The notes beneath the pieces were generated by a model. The model saw only the letters and a program-made list of their open reading frames with translations. It made no database searches and was not told the DNA's origin. From positions 160,001-224,000 of the forward strand of contig CAWBGA010000005.1 in NCBI GenBank assembly GCA_963788195.1: 64,000 nt of DNA. Reading direction: 5' to 3'. Below are positions 9,466-20,065 of the stretch, piece after piece; within the stretch, counting starts at the first letter, position 1, and every line of letters starts with the position of its first letter. The stretch is from Nitrospirota bacterium. Lineage in GTDB: Bacteria; Nitrospirota; Nitrospiria; Nitrospirales; NS-4. The translations under genes and the position numbers were made by a program.

Positions 9466-11292
9466 ATGGATTACCAGGTTTCAGCTCGTAAACACCGTCC
9501 GATGACCTTTGAGGAGGTAAGCGGGCAGCCTCATATCGTGCGGACGCTGACAAATGCACTGACCAGCGGCCGTACCGCGCATGCCTATCTGTTCTCGGGG
9601 ATGCGCGGAGTCGGCAAAACCACCATGGCGCGGATCCTGGCGAAGGCCCTGAACTGCGAGCGTGGACCAACCGCCAAGCCATGTCTCACTTGCCCCAGTT
9701 GTCTCGAGATCGGCCGGGGGACTGCTTTCGACGTGATGGAGATCGATGGGGCCTCGAGCAACAGCGTGGACGACGTGCGCGAGATGCGGGAAACGATCAG
9801 GACGGCCCCGGCGCGTGACAGGTATCGCATATACATCATCGATGAAGTCCACATGCTGTCGACGGCCGCATTCAATGCGCTGCTTAAAACCCTGGAAGAG
9901 CCTCCGGCTCATGTCGTGTTTATCTTTGCCACGACCGAATGTCACAAGATTCCCCAGACCATCCTCTCCCGTTGCCAGCATTTCACGTTCCGGCGGATCT
10001 CGAGGCGCGAGATTGCCGACCAGCTCAAACGCATTGCTCAGGGACAAGATATCGCGGTCGATGATCGAAGCGTGGCTCTGCTGGCGCGGTCGGCCGACGG
10101 CAGCATGCGTGATGCCTTGAGCTTGCTTGACCAGGCTGTGGCCTTCGGCGGAAAACAGGTCAGGGTCGAGGATCTCATGGCGCTGTTGGGCTCGGTGTCG
10201 CGCGAGTCATTACGTGAACTTGTGACCGCGATTTTGGAGCAGGACCCGGCGCGCGCGCTTCGAGCGATAGCGGCGGTCCAAGATGGTGGTTCAGATCTGC
10301 GTCAGTTCTGTAGCGAACTTATGGAGCATCTGCGAAACATCTTAGTGGCCAAAATGGTGCCGAATGCTGATGATCTCATTGAATTGGCTCCTGAAGAACT
10401 TGCCGAGACCAAGGCTGACGCTTCGCGGCTGACCGTGGAGCATGTCCAGGAGATCTTCAGAATTTTTCATCAGGCGGAGGAAGGACTACGAAACAGTCAG
10501 CATCCATGGTATCTGCTGGAGATGGCGGCTGTTCGGGCAAGCCGGCTCATGATCGAAACAACCGGAACGTCCTCCGGAAAGACTTCAGCAGGGCCGGCCC
10601 AAGCAGGAGCCGGTTCTCAGGCACCCACAGCGCCCAACAATACGAATAGTACACCCGCCCGCCCCGCGCCCGCCAAGACGGACGCTTTTCCCGGGACACC
10701 CGCCCGCCCTGAGTCGTCTCGACCCCTTGCAAGTGAAGAGCAAGTGGTGCCCGGGACAGACTCTTTGCCCATGGGCCCGAAGCCTGAGTCCGCGAAAACA
10801 GAGGCGCCTCTTGACGAAAAACCACTGACCGGGAACGGGATGTGGGAACTGAACTGGGAAGCTGTGGTGGAGAGGGTCCATAGAGAACGCCCCAATATCG
10901 GAGCCTTTCTCGAGGAGACGGCTCTGGTCGGAATCGAACACGATACAGTGACAATCGGCTATCCGACCTCTGCGAGCGCTTCCATGAAAATGATTTTGAA
11001 GCAGGATTATCAGCGCATGATTTTGGAGGCGTGCCAAGCGGTGGCAGGCCGTCCGGTTCGTCTTCGGGTTGTGACGCTGTCTCCTGCCGCGTCCATCGCG
11101 ACGGTGGCTGATCAACGGCGTCAGCGGGAAGAAGTCACAGAGCAGCGTCTTCGCCAGGAGGTCTTGGCAAATCCGCTTGTGCAAGAGGCACTGTCGGTGT
11201 TCTCAGGCGAAATCAAAGAAGTCCGAAGTAGGCATGTCAGCTCGACAGAAAGCGTGGATGCAGGGAAAACGGCCGGTGTAATGCCTAGCTGA
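9466..11292 (+). CDS. dnaX: DNA polymerase III gamma/tau
   Basis: ARKHRP, GMRGVGKTT, IIDEVHML, TILSRCQ. Confidence 0.97.
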   Translation: MDYQVSARKHRPMTFEEVSGQPHIVRTLTNALTSGRTAHAYLFSGMRGVGKTTMARILAKALNCERGPTAKPCLTCPSCLEIGRGTAFDVMEIDGASSNSVDDVREMRETIRTAPARDRYRIYIIDEVHMLSTAAFNALLKTLEEPPAHVVFIFATTECHKIPQTILSRCQHFTFRRISRREIADQLKRIAQGQDIAVDDRSVALLARSADGSMRDALSLLDQAVAFGGKQVRVEDLMALLGSVSRESLRELVTAILEQDPARALRAIAAVQDGGSDLRQFCSELMEHLRNILVAKMVPNADDLIELAPEELAETKADASRLTVEHVQEIFRIFHQAEEGLRNSQHPWYLLEMAAVRASRLMIETTGTSSGKTSAGPAQAGAGSQAPTAPNNTNSTPARPAPAKTDAFPGTPARPESSRPLASEEQVVPGTDSLPMGPKPESAKTEAPLDEKPLTGNGMWELNWEAVVERVHRERPNIGAFLEETALVGIEHDTVTIGYPTSASASMKMILKQDYQRMILEACQAVAGRPVRLRVVTLSPAASIATVADQRRQREEVTEQRLRQEVLANPLVQEALSVFSGEIKEVRSRHVSSTESVDAGKTAGVMPS

Positions 11293-11317
11293 TCCGGGTG
11301 TGAACGGAGGTATATAG

Positions 11318-11647
11318 ATGGCGGGATTTATGGGAAACCTCGGCAATATGGGAAACATAATGAAGCAAGCCCAGGCCATGCAGGAACAACTTGCCAAGCT
11401 GCAGGCAGAGGTCGCGACGAAAACCGTGCAGGCATCCTCCGGCGGCGGGATTATCACGGTCGTTGCCAACGGCGGCATGGAGATTGTCTCTATTAAGATT
11501 GATCCGGAGTTCCTCAAAAGCAACGACGTTGAAATGCTGCAGGACATGGTCATGGCGGCCACGAATGAAGCGCTGCGAAAAGCCCGCGAGATGGTGGCCG
11601 AGGAGATGAAAGCCGTCACGGGCGGTCTGCAAATTCCGGGACTGTAG
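11318..11647 (+). CDS. ybaB: YbaB/EbfC nucleoid-associated protein
   Basis: MKQAQAMQ, SGGG, DVEMLQDMVMAATNEA; synteny. Confidence 0.95.
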   Translation: MAGFMGNLGNMGNIMKQAQAMQEQLAKLQAEVATKTVQASSGGGIITVVANGGMEIVSIKIDPEFLKSNDVEMLQDMVMAATNEALRKAREMVAEEMKAVTGGLQIPGL

Positions 11648-11648
11648 G

Positions 11649-12248
11649 ATGGATCAGAAGGGAATTCTGGCGGACCTCGTCGGTGAACTTCACCGCTTAC
11701 CAGGTATCGGCCGGAAAACGGCGCAGCGGCTGGCCTTTCACATCCTCAAACAGCCCACTGAAGACGCCGCCCGGTTGGCGGAAGCCATTGTGGCTGTGAA
11801 AGAGCGTCTAGGGCTGTGCCAGGAGTGTCGGAACATTGCGGAAGGGGAGCGCTGCGAGATCTGCCTGGACGCGAGGCGGGATCGGACGCGAGTTGTGGTC
11901 ATCGAAGATGTGCCCACCCTCCATGCCATCGAGCGAACACGCGGCTACAAAGGGCTGTATCACGTTCTGGCGGGTGCGTTGTCGCCTTTAGACGGGGTTG
12001 GGCCGGCGGACATCAAGGCGCAGGATCTTGCTGACCGAGTTGCCCGAAGCCAGATCGAGGAGGTCATCTTGGCGACGTCGCCGACCATTGAAGGCGAGGC
12101 CACGGCGATTTATCTGTCGCGTCTTCTGATGCCCTTGGGCCGGCGGATCAGTCGTATCGCCTTGGGGGTGCCGGTGGGTATGGACCTCGAATACGCAGAT
12201 GAAGTCACGCTCCTCAAATCGCTGGACGGGCGCCGGGAAATTGCCTGA
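11649..12248 (+). CDS. recR: Recombination mediator RecR
   Basis: LPGIGRKTAQRLA, C4 zinc finger, TOPRIM EGEATA. Confidence 0.97.
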   Translation: MDQKGILADLVGELHRLPGIGRKTAQRLAFHILKQPTEDAARLAEAIVAVKERLGLCQECRNIAEGERCEICLDARRDRTRVVVIEDVPTLHAIERTRGYKGLYHVLAGALSPLDGVGPADIKAQDLADRVARSQIEEVILATSPTIEGEATAIYLSRLLMPLGRRISRIALGVPVGMDLEYADEVTLLKSLDGRREIA

Positions 12249-12262
12249 GGCTGCAAGGAGAG

Positions 12263-12706
12263 ATGAAGCCAAAGACCATTAAGAAGACAGCCCCCGCCAA
12301 GACCGCCTCAGTCAAGGCGAGTGCGAAACGCCCGCGGGACACGCGACAGAAGGGAAAGTACGAAACGATCCGGCAAGATCTGCTCAATCAACGCCGGGCG
12401 CTGCTGAAGGAAGCCGGGATCAGCTTGCCCGACCGACAGGATCAGATCATTTCGCCCGACACGACCGACCAGGCACAAGCGGAAATGGACCGGAATTTTC
12501 TCCTGCGGCTCAAGGAGCGTGAACAAAAGCTAATAAAGAAGATCGATCAAGCGGTGGAACGGATTGATAACGGCACCTTTGGAATCTGTCGTGGGTGCGG
12601 CAATGAGATTCCTCTGCCGCGGCTCAAAGCCAGACCGGTGGCCGATTTGTGTATCGAGTGCAAAACCCGCCAAGAGGAAGATGAACTGATCCGGGGACAA
12701 CCCTAG
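12263..12706 (+). CDS. dksA: DksA/TraR C4 zinc-finger protein
   Basis: DTTDQA coiled-coil tip; CRGC...CIEC. Confidence 0.88.
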   Translation: MKPKTIKKTAPAKTASVKASAKRPRDTRQKGKYETIRQDLLNQRRALLKEAGISLPDRQDQIISPDTTDQAQAEMDRNFLLRLKEREQKLIKKIDQAVERIDNGTFGICRGCGNEIPLPRLKARPVADLCIECKTRQEEDELIRGQP

Positions 12707-12725
12707 TCCGGGAAAAGGACCCATC

Positions 12726-13880
12726 TTACTTTCCCGCCTTTTCTAAAGCCTGCACACGCTCTTTGGCCTTGACGATCCGATCTTTCTCGCCCGGCTTGGG
12801 ATCCACATATGCCAGGTAATTTTCATACGCGGTAAGGGCGCGGCGAGGCTGTGTCGCCTCTATGGCTTCAGCCAAATTAAAATGGGCAAGCGCATAGTTC
12901 GCCTTCAATCCGATGGCGGTGTGGTATGCCTCCACGGCACGCTTGGTATCCCCCATCATCGCGTAGACTTTTCCCAGATGGTTCACCACCTCGGGGATGG
13001 ATGGTCGGATCTTCAAAGACATCTCCATAGCCCCAGCCGCTTCCTTGAGAAGGCCTTTGTCCCTGTATGCAAGGCCCAAACGATGATAGGCCTCAGCCTG
13101 ATAGAGAGGTTCACTCAACCCGATATCGATGGCCCGCTTGTAGGCTTCGACCGCGACATCGACTGCCGGGTTGCCACAGAGCGCGAAGTGAGCGATCTCT
13201 CCCTTCGCGAATTGCTGGCGCGCGGCGTAGTCTCGGCTTTCGCTTTCCTGGGGCCCGAAACGACTGGAGACTGTATTGGTGGGAAGAAGGATCTGAGCTA
13301 GATATTCCTGCCGATAGGGGCTGAGCAAAGGACCATACGCCGTCAATACGTTGGAGTCGATGTAGAGAAATTGCCGCCCTTTATGGGGTATGACGATAGC
13401 TCTGCCGCTGATCTTTTCTCTCTGATCCATATAGAGCCGACCTGAAGTCGGACCGCTGAGTCGCTGCGCGATCACGGTAGGCAGGAGAAATTCCGTCGCG
13501 GTCTGCTTCGAGATCCACGCCGCATAGGCCGGTTGTGTAGCCAGATCGATACCTTCATATACGATATCGATATACCCGACCAGGACGCCACGGTCGTCGA
13601 AAAATAAATGGTACTCGCTTTCGCGGCCTGCCGTGGTTCGATAGGTAACGACTTTCTCGCCTGTTCCCCAGACGCCTCTATCGGTGCGGTGGCCGGCTTC
13701 ATGCATGAGCACGGCCTCTCGGCGGTCACAGAGATTCCACACCGGCGGCGGCATCAGACGGGGGATTGGAGGTACTGGAGGATCGTTGGTTACGGTGGGG
13801 CCGCTGCTGCAACTGATTGTTCCGGCAAGCAAGAGCACGCCGAGTGCAAAACACAGAACCTTACGGTGAAGGTAAGCCAT
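12726..13880 (-). CDS. TPR-repeat lipoprotein
   Basis: Lipobox-like TISC; C-terminal TPRs. Confidence 0.75.
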   Translation of the reverse strand: MAYLHRKVLCFALGVLLLAGTISCSSGPTVTNDPPVPPIPRLMPPPVWNLCDRREAVLMHEAGHRTDRGVWGTGEKVVTYRTTAGRESEYHLFFDDRGVLVGYIDIVYEGIDLATQPAYAAWISKQTATEFLLPTVIAQRLSGPTSGRLYMDQREKISGRAIVIPHKGRQFLYIDSNVLTAYGPLLSPYRQEYLAQILLPTNTVSSRFGPQESESRDYAARQQFAKGEIAHFALCGNPAVDVAVEAYKRAIDIGLSEPLYQAEAYHRLGLAYRDKGLLKEAAGAMEMSLKIRPSIPEVVNHLGKVYAMMGDTKRAVEAYHTAIGLKANYALAHFNLAEAIEATQPRRALTAYENYLAYVDPKPGEKDRIVKAKERVQALEKAGK

Positions 13881-13913
13881 GAGGAGAAAGGAAGTATATC
13901 AGGAAGGAACGGA

Positions 13914-14264
13914 TCAGTGCTCGCCGCGCTGTTTCCAATGATACCGGTACTTCACAGTCGTGTCTTGGTAAATCTCATCCTGCACCGTGTAGCCGAAAAC
14001 GGCTGGGGCCAGGCCGGCCAGCAAATATAACGGCTGCTGCACGAGCAGGTCAAAGACGATCCCAACTGGATGAATGACAAACGCCATGAGACGTATCGGA
14101 TAGCTCCCATCCCAGCCCGGGGTAATCAGGCCGGAATCAATCCCGTTCGGAAGATCCAGAGGCATGGGGGTGGGGAAAGTATCGGACCGAACAGGCCCTG
14201 CACATCCGCCTACTCCCAAGGCCGCGACCGTCAGTAACCCGATTGCGATAAGGCTCAGTTTCAT
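13914..14264 (-). CDS. Hypothetical lipoprotein/membrane protein
   Basis: SD GGAGGG; MKLSLIAIG...VGGC signal. Confidence 0.6.
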   Translation of the reverse strand: MKLSLIAIGLLTVAALGVGGCAGPVRSDTFPTPMPLDLPNGIDSGLITPGWDGSYPIRLMAFVIHPVGIVFDLLVQQPLYLLAGLAPAVFGYTVQDEIYQDTTVKYRYHWKQRGEH

Positions 14265-14431
14265 GTGACGCCCTCCATGCATAAGGGAGATTATACCTAA
14301 GTGAAGGGGGCTTGTCCAGCGGAAGTAGATAGATGTGTGAACACGTGGGTTGCGGCTCATGTGTTCCGTTTTTAAATAAAAGACTGTGATATCAATATAG
14401 TGTACATCTTGCAGATTTCAACTGCTGGATT

Positions 14432-15454
14432 CTACGACGATGGCCTGCTTCTGACCTTCCGCCACGCCAAGGCGACAAGGAGGCCTGCGCCAACCATCGC
14501 CAGCCCACCACGGTGCGTCGTCGCCCAAAGTTGCGGGCTGTGGCTGAACGCGCGCTTGTCGAACTCTCCATGCGCACCATGGTCGCCTGGAATGGCGCTC
14601 CACAGGTTGTTCGGTCGGGCCGGGTCCACTGGTTCGTCGGTTTGCTGGGCATCATAGCCTGTCTTGGCTAAGTACCAATCTCCGAACCCTGGGAGGAACT
14701 TGTTCCCCATAATCACGATCGAAGTCGAGAGCCCGACGTTTAATTCCCGCCGTTTGTGACGGGCGGCCCAGAGGATGCCTTGAGCAGCTACCTCCGGCTG
14801 GAAGATCGGTGGCACCGGTTGGGGATGCCTCGGCATCCGAGTCTTAATCCAGCCAAATTGCGGCGTGTTCAGCGCGGGCATCTGGACCATCGTTACCCGC
14901 ACGCGGCTTCTGTCGTGGATCAATTCCGACCGCAGAGAATCCGTAAAGCCCTTCACCGCATGCTTGGCGGCGCAATATGCCGATTGCAATGGAATTGAGC
15001 GGTAGGCAAGCGCTGAGCCGACTTGAACGATCACACCCTCATCACGCGGGAGCATGCGGCGCAGTGCGGCCAGGGTGCCGTACACGTATCCCAAATAGGT
15101 GACCTCGGTGACTCGCTGAAATTCCTGTGGTGTCATTTCCTTTATCGGAGAGATGACCGACACCATGGCATTATTCACCCAAATATCGATCGGACCGAAC
15201 GCGTCTTCAACAGCCGCTGCGGCCGCTTCGACTTCATCGGCCTTTGCAACGTCGGTGCGAAAAACGAGCGCTTTCCCGCCCGTCGCTATTACCTCTCGGT
15301 GGGCGCCCTCCAAACCCTCGTCATCCCGAGCTAAGAGCCCGATGTAGGCCCCTTCTTTCGCAAAGGCCCGAACCGTGGCACGGCCGACGCCCGCCGAGGC
15401 GCCGGTAATCACCACGACTTCGGGTTTGCGTTGTCCCTTGGGACTAAACGTCAT
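14432..15454 (-). CDS. SDR family oxidoreductase
   Basis: TGASAGVG, NNA, YCAAK. Confidence 0.92.
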   Translation of the reverse strand: MTFSPKGQRKPEVVVITGASAGVGRATVRAFAKEGAYIGLLARDDEGLEGAHREVIATGGKALVFRTDVAKADEVEAAAAAVEDAFGPIDIWVNNAMVSVISPIKEMTPQEFQRVTEVTYLGYVYGTLAALRRMLPRDEGVIVQVGSALAYRSIPLQSAYCAAKHAVKGFTDSLRSELIHDRSRVRVTMVQMPALNTPQFGWIKTRMPRHPQPVPPIFQPEVAAQGILWAARHKRRELNVGLSTSIVIMGNKFLPGFGDWYLAKTGYDAQQTDEPVDPARPNNLWSAIPGDHGAHGEFDKRAFSHSPQLWATTHRGGLAMVGAGLLVALAWRKVRSRPSS

Positions 15455-15558
15455 GTCTTTCCTCATGCCGACCGTGCCGGGTTCCAAAGTGTGCCGGAAC
15501 GACTGCGACAAACGTAATTATACGATATACTCGTAAACTTTCTGCCCGGGAGGCCAAG

Positions 15559-16035
15559 ATGCATGGACCGGCCAGCATGTGGCTGTGGGGACTTTTAGCC
15601 ACCGGTCTTCTGACAACCCTTCTTCGTGCGAGTCAAGCCTTCGGTTTCACGCGCATGGATGTGCCGTTTCTCCTCGGCACCATCGTGACATCAAATCGAG
15701 ATCGAGCCAAACTGGTAGGGTTCGTGATCCATTTCATTAACGGATGGCTGTTCGCCCTCCTCTACGCTGCCTTTTTCGAAGGCTTCGGGTTCGCCACCTG
15801 GTGGTTGGGAAGCCTTATGGGATTGGCCCATGCTCTCTTTGTTCTTGTCGTCATCCTCCCACTCCTTCCTGGTGGTCATCCCAGAATGGCATCTGAATTT
15901 CGCGGGCCTGATCCGACACGACTTTTAGAGCCTCCCGGCTTTTTAGCCTTGAACTATGGTCGGCGCACGCCAATTGCCACCGTGGTTGCGCATATCGCGT
16001 ATGGTTTGGTTCTCGGCGCTTTTTATGTTCCCTGA
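15559..16035 (+). CDS. Hypothetical multi-TM membrane protein
   Basis: Hydrophobic helices; EPPGFLALNYG motif. Confidence 0.7.
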   Translation: MHGPASMWLWGLLATGLLTTLLRASQAFGFTRMDVPFLLGTIVTSNRDRAKLVGFVIHFINGWLFALLYAAFFEGFGFATWWLGSLMGLAHALFVLVVILPLLPGGHPRMASEFRGPDPTRLLEPPGFLALNYGRRTPIATVVAHIAYGLVLGAFYVP

Positions 16036-17822
16036 CTCAAGGCAAGGGCCGCACGGATATGGCCCAGGTGGGAGAGGGCTAATGGAAAGTTGCCCAGGAA
16101 TTCGCCGGTGGAAGGATCCTTTTCTTCTGAATACAGTCCCACGTCATTAGCATGCCTCTCCAGGCGATCAAACATCTGCTGCGCTTCTTCACGTCGCCCC
16201 ATAGCGTGCAGGGCTTCAACCAACCAAAAGCTGCATGCCAAGAAGGCGCCCTCCTGGCCGGGCATATTGTCGGGGGCTCGATAGCGGAACATTAAATCCC
16301 CATCGGCTAATTTCTCCCTAAGAACGCCCACCGAAGAAGCAAACAGGGGATCTTTAGGATCAATAAACCCCAGTTGCGAGAAGAGGAGGGCGGTGGCATC
16401 CACGTCCTCCGATCCAAAGCATTGGACGAAGCATTGAAGCTGCTGTGAGTAGCCGGATTGTAGGACCGCGTCTCGAATGGCTTCCTGAGCCTGCATCCAA
16501 CATGAAAAATCTTTCGAAACATGAAGCTTGTTCAAGATTTGTTGAGCCCGGTCTAATGCCACCCAACACATGACTTTGGAGTACACATAATGCTGCGGGT
16601 GAGGACGAATCTCCCATATGCCATGATCAGGCACTGTCCAGTTCGTGGCGATATAATCCGCGATCCTCGTGATGAGACCGAGCATCTCGCGGTCTACAGG
16701 ACCGCCGGCCTTGACATACGTAAGGAGCCCATCAAGCACTTCGCCATAGATGTCGAGTTGGTCCTGACTCCTGGCTTCGTTTCCGTAACGAACCGGTTGC
16801 GAGCCTCGATAGCCGGGAAGATAAGGTATGCGTTCTTCGTCGCGGCCCAACTCGCCATACAGGGTGTATAACACCTTCAGCCTCGGGTGGGTCAGGGTTG
16901 TGGCATGCATCATCCATTGAGTAAAGACACTGGCATCGTCAGAATATCCGAGACGAAAAAATGTTTGCGCCGTAAAAGAGGCGTCCCGAAGCCAACAATA
17001 GCGGTAGTCCCAATTCCGGACTCCTCCGATGACCTCTGGAAGTGATGTGGTGGGGGCCGCCATGATGGCGCCGGAGGGCGCATAGGACAGCAGCTTTAAG
17101 GTCAGCGCGCTTCGGAGCACCGATTCCCGGTATGCCCCGGAGTATGTGCAGCGCTCGGTCCAATTACACCAGTACGTAGAGGTGGTTTCGATCGCTTGAT
17201 GCCAATGTGAGAGCGTTGGATAGACAGCCGGCGCATCTTCTGAATAGGCGAGCCACAGTATGTGTCGTTCGCCTGCGCTGACGGACACTTTGCCTTCCAG
17301 TTCGCCTTGCCGCAGGTCAAGTACAAGATCGGTCGCAAGATGGATCAGGCGATTTCCCAGATCAACAAAATAGCCGGCGACCCCGCGTGTATGAAGATTG
17401 GGAATCAGTCGGCCATCATCCGGTCGCGGTTTAAAAACGATGTCAAGTTCGACCCTGCCGTCAAGTCCTTCAATGACACGCAAGAGACTCGATAAGGGGA
17501 AGAGTTGGTTCTTCTTCTCTTCTTCGGAGGAAACGGGCATCAAGTCTGTGATTCGAACTTTTCCCTCTGTTGTTGAGAACTCGGTGACCAGGATGGCAGT
17601 GGAAGGGTGGTAATAGCGCCGGCTGGAGAATACACCTGTGGGGGCAATCGTAAAATGACCGCCGTGCCATGGATCGAGTAAGCGATTGAATAGCGAAGGG
17701 CCATCGAAACGAGGAAGGCAGAGCCAGTCAATGCTACCGTCAGATGAGATTAAAGCTGCAGTTCGTGAATCCCCCACCATCGCGTACTCGGAAATCGGGG
17801 TTTCGATTGAGCGACTACGCAT
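16023..17822 (-). CDS. Glycoside hydrolase family 15 (glucoamylase/trehalase-like)
   Basis: AAPTTSLPE, RNWDYRYCWLRD, GIWEIR, GLYSEE, GNFPLALSH. Confidence 0.93.
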   Translation of the reverse strand: MRSRSIETPISEYAMVGDSRTAALISSDGSIDWLCLPRFDGPSLFNRLLDPWHGGHFTIAPTGVFSSRRYYHPSTAILVTEFSTTEGKVRITDLMPVSSEEEKKNQLFPLSSLLRVIEGLDGRVELDIVFKPRPDDGRLIPNLHTRGVAGYFVDLGNRLIHLATDLVLDLRQGELEGKVSVSAGERHILWLAYSEDAPAVYPTLSHWHQAIETTSTYWCNWTERCTYSGAYRESVLRSALTLKLLSYAPSGAIMAAPTTSLPEVIGGVRNWDYRYCWLRDASFTAQTFFRLGYSDDASVFTQWMMHATTLTHPRLKVLYTLYGELGRDEERIPYLPGYRGSQPVRYGNEARSQDQLDIYGEVLDGLLTYVKAGGPVDREMLGLITRIADYIATNWTVPDHGIWEIRPHPQHYVYSKVMCWVALDRAQQILNKLHVSKDFSCWMQAQEAIRDAVLQSGYSQQLQCFVQCFGSEDVDATALLFSQLGFIDPKDPLFASSVGVLREKLADGDLMFRYRAPDNMPGQEGAFLACSFWLVEALHAMGRREEAQQMFDRLERHANDVGLYSEEKDPSTGEFLGNFPLALSHLGHIRAALALSQGT

Positions 17823-18699
17823 AGTTAGGACAAAGACGTTCCTTGCAGACTATCACTGTCATGCGTCTGGAGCTGCGGTTCGACCGTCACGTGGTGCACG
17901 TAACCCATTTCGCCTCCGAGACAGCCGGAAAGACCGAGAATGTAAGCTAGAGCATAGGACTCAAGCAAGCGGTGGAAAGCGAAGTGGTTTCTACGATTTG
18001 CTAGAATCGAAAGTGTACGTTGACCCGCTAGTACAGACCATGTCCTCGATAACGGCCTTGATTGCCGACAGCAGGGCGTAAGCGGCTTCCTGACTGATTT
18101 CAGGTCTGTTCGACATGTAACCAGTCATATCTAGCTTTACCAGCCCATCCCGACCTTGCTCATTTTTCGCCACTCCCACGGCGCGATAGCCTGAGCATTG
18201 GCTCATAGCGCACCTAGGCACAGGTACTAATCCACCCCCTTCTGTGGCTTTGACTTCCCCAATCATACGGCCCACTGTCCCAGGAGCAATTAGGAGGGGG
18301 CAGCTATGTTTTTTCTCGTAGCGATATTCAGTGCATAGACGCAACACCATGCTGGACAAGCGAAACCGCGAAAGGCGCATCTCCCGATGTTTGCGTCTAA
18401 ATAGGAAACCGTACTCTCAGCCGAACATTCCTGAGTCGAGTACAGGGGATGTCATGCATAATCTATTTGCCATTTTGATTCTCTTTGCCATTTTGACTGT
18501 TCTAGTTTCTTACTATATAGGCCATGCCTAAAGGGTCAGGGAAGAAGCCAATGAAACAACGCAGCAGGACTGGCCACTCCTACCATGAATGATCGGCCCT
18601 AGCTCTATTTTACTCGCCAGCCCCGACGCAGGATTTACACTAGACTTCACTATCGGTTAAGCGTGAATCGTGGAAGGCGCTATAACTGTATGAGAAGAA

Positions 18700-18774
18700 T
18701 GGTGGGCGATGCAGGTCTTGAACCTGCGACCTCTTGCGTGTGAAGCAAGCGCTCTCCCCCTGAGCTAATCGCCC
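18700..18774 (-). tRNA. tRNA-Val(CAC)
   Basis: Reverse complement GGGCGATTAGCTCAG...CTTGC-TTCACAC-GCAAG...GGTTCAAGACC...CCA. Confidence 0.96.
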
Positions 18775-18828
18775 GTAACGCCGATAAAATTATCACAGCC
18801 ATTCGGTGCGGTCAACGCAGGATGAATT

Positions 18829-20049
18829 TTACAGCACCTGTAAGAGCAGGCACTTCAGATACTCCGTTTCGGGCATCCCTAGCGCGATCGGATGATCGCA
18901 ATGTTGACCTCTGTGTGCCAAGATCCGGACGGGGCGGCGGATATCGGCGGCGGATTCCCAGAGGAGATCACGAAACTGCTCTGCTGAGAGATGATGCGAG
19001 CAGGAACTGGTCACTAGAAAGCCGCCCGGACGCAGCAAGCGCATCGCGCGTAAGTTAATCTCCTTGTAGCCTCGTACTGCCTCGGCCAAGCGCTCCCGAC
19101 TTTTTACAAAGGCCGGCGGGTCCAGGATGATGACGTCGAAGGCTTCCCGGCGCCGGTCGCGCTCGCGTAAGTCATCAAACACGTTGCCTACTTGAAAGCG
19201 GCAAGTCTGCGCAAAACCGTTCTGTTGGGCCAGGGTCGTGGCTCGCTCAATGGCCCTGGGGGATTGGTCAACGCCGATTACGGAGGCGGCTCCATAGCGA
19301 GCGGCATGCAGAGCCCACAGCCCCACATAACAAAAGCAGTCCAGCACACGAGCGTTGCGGGAGATACGTTCAAGGAGCCGATAGTTTTGGACTTGATCCA
19401 AGAATAGGCCTGTCTTTTGCCCCTCCCAGAGGTCTACCTGTACTGCCAACCCGTTGATTGTGACCCTGCTCTCTGCGGGGAATTCTCCGCGGATGAGATT
19501 TCGCTCACGAGTAAGGCCTTCGCGGTCGCGAGTAGGCGAATCGTTTCTGGCAACGATGACGCGCGGCCTGAAGATCTTGTCGATCGCCTCTAGGACCAGC
19601 TGCCCCCGGCGTTCCATGCCGGCGGTCATGATCTGTACTGCCACGGCGTCGGCATAGCGGTCGACGATCAAGCCGGGCAGGGCGTCACCTTCACTATGGA
19701 CAACGCGATACGTCATCTCAGCAGGAGACAATTGTTCCAGCCCAAGGAGCCGTTCACGTGTGGCCTGCGCCTGGTTGATTCGAGCGAGAAAGAACTCCTG
19801 ATCAATCGGGACGCGCGCGCGATCGAGCAGGCGGGCGACGATCGTTGAGCGGGGATTCAGGTACGCGCGCGCCAAGAATTTACCCCCGGCGTCGTGAACA
19901 TCCACCAAGTCGCCCGGTTCCATGGCAGGTAGCCTTCCTTCGTCCACGTGCGGCCACCCCTCCACCTCGTTGCGATACACCCAGGCATGGCCGGCCAATA
20001 GCTTGGCTTCCCTCCCAGGCCGCAGCCGGATGCGATGGACAGGCTCCAT
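18829..20049 (-). CDS. rlmI: RlmI-like 23S rRNA m5C methyltransferase
   Basis: PUA N-terminus, SEGDALPGLIVDRY, GQKTGLFLDQ, ILDPPAF, ETEYLK. Confidence 0.9.
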   Translation of the reverse strand: MEPVHRIRLRPGREAKLLAGHAWVYRNEVEGWPHVDEGRLPAMEPGDLVDVHDAGGKFLARAYLNPRSTIVARLLDRARVPIDQEFFLARINQAQATRERLLGLEQLSPAEMTYRVVHSEGDALPGLIVDRYADAVAVQIMTAGMERRGQLVLEAIDKIFRPRVIVARNDSPTRDREGLTRERNLIRGEFPAESRVTINGLAVQVDLWEGQKTGLFLDQVQNYRLLERISRNARVLDCFCYVGLWALHAARYGAASVIGVDQSPRAIERATTLAQQNGFAQTCRFQVGNVFDDLRERDRRREAFDVIILDPPAFVKSRERLAEAVRGYKEINLRAMRLLRPGGFLVTSSCSHHLSAEQFRDLLWESAADIRRPVRILAHRGQHCDHPIALGMPETEYLKCLLLQVL

Positions 20050-20065
20050 GAGACCTCAGAGCGAG

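Noticed and set aside
10500..10860. Programmed -1 frameshift in dnaX producing the gamma subunit
   Set aside because: No AAAAAAG or long A run is visible in the linker region.
17991..18380. 129-aa ORF near tRNA-Val
   Set aside because: No recognisable family or clear start; cannot be supported as a gene.
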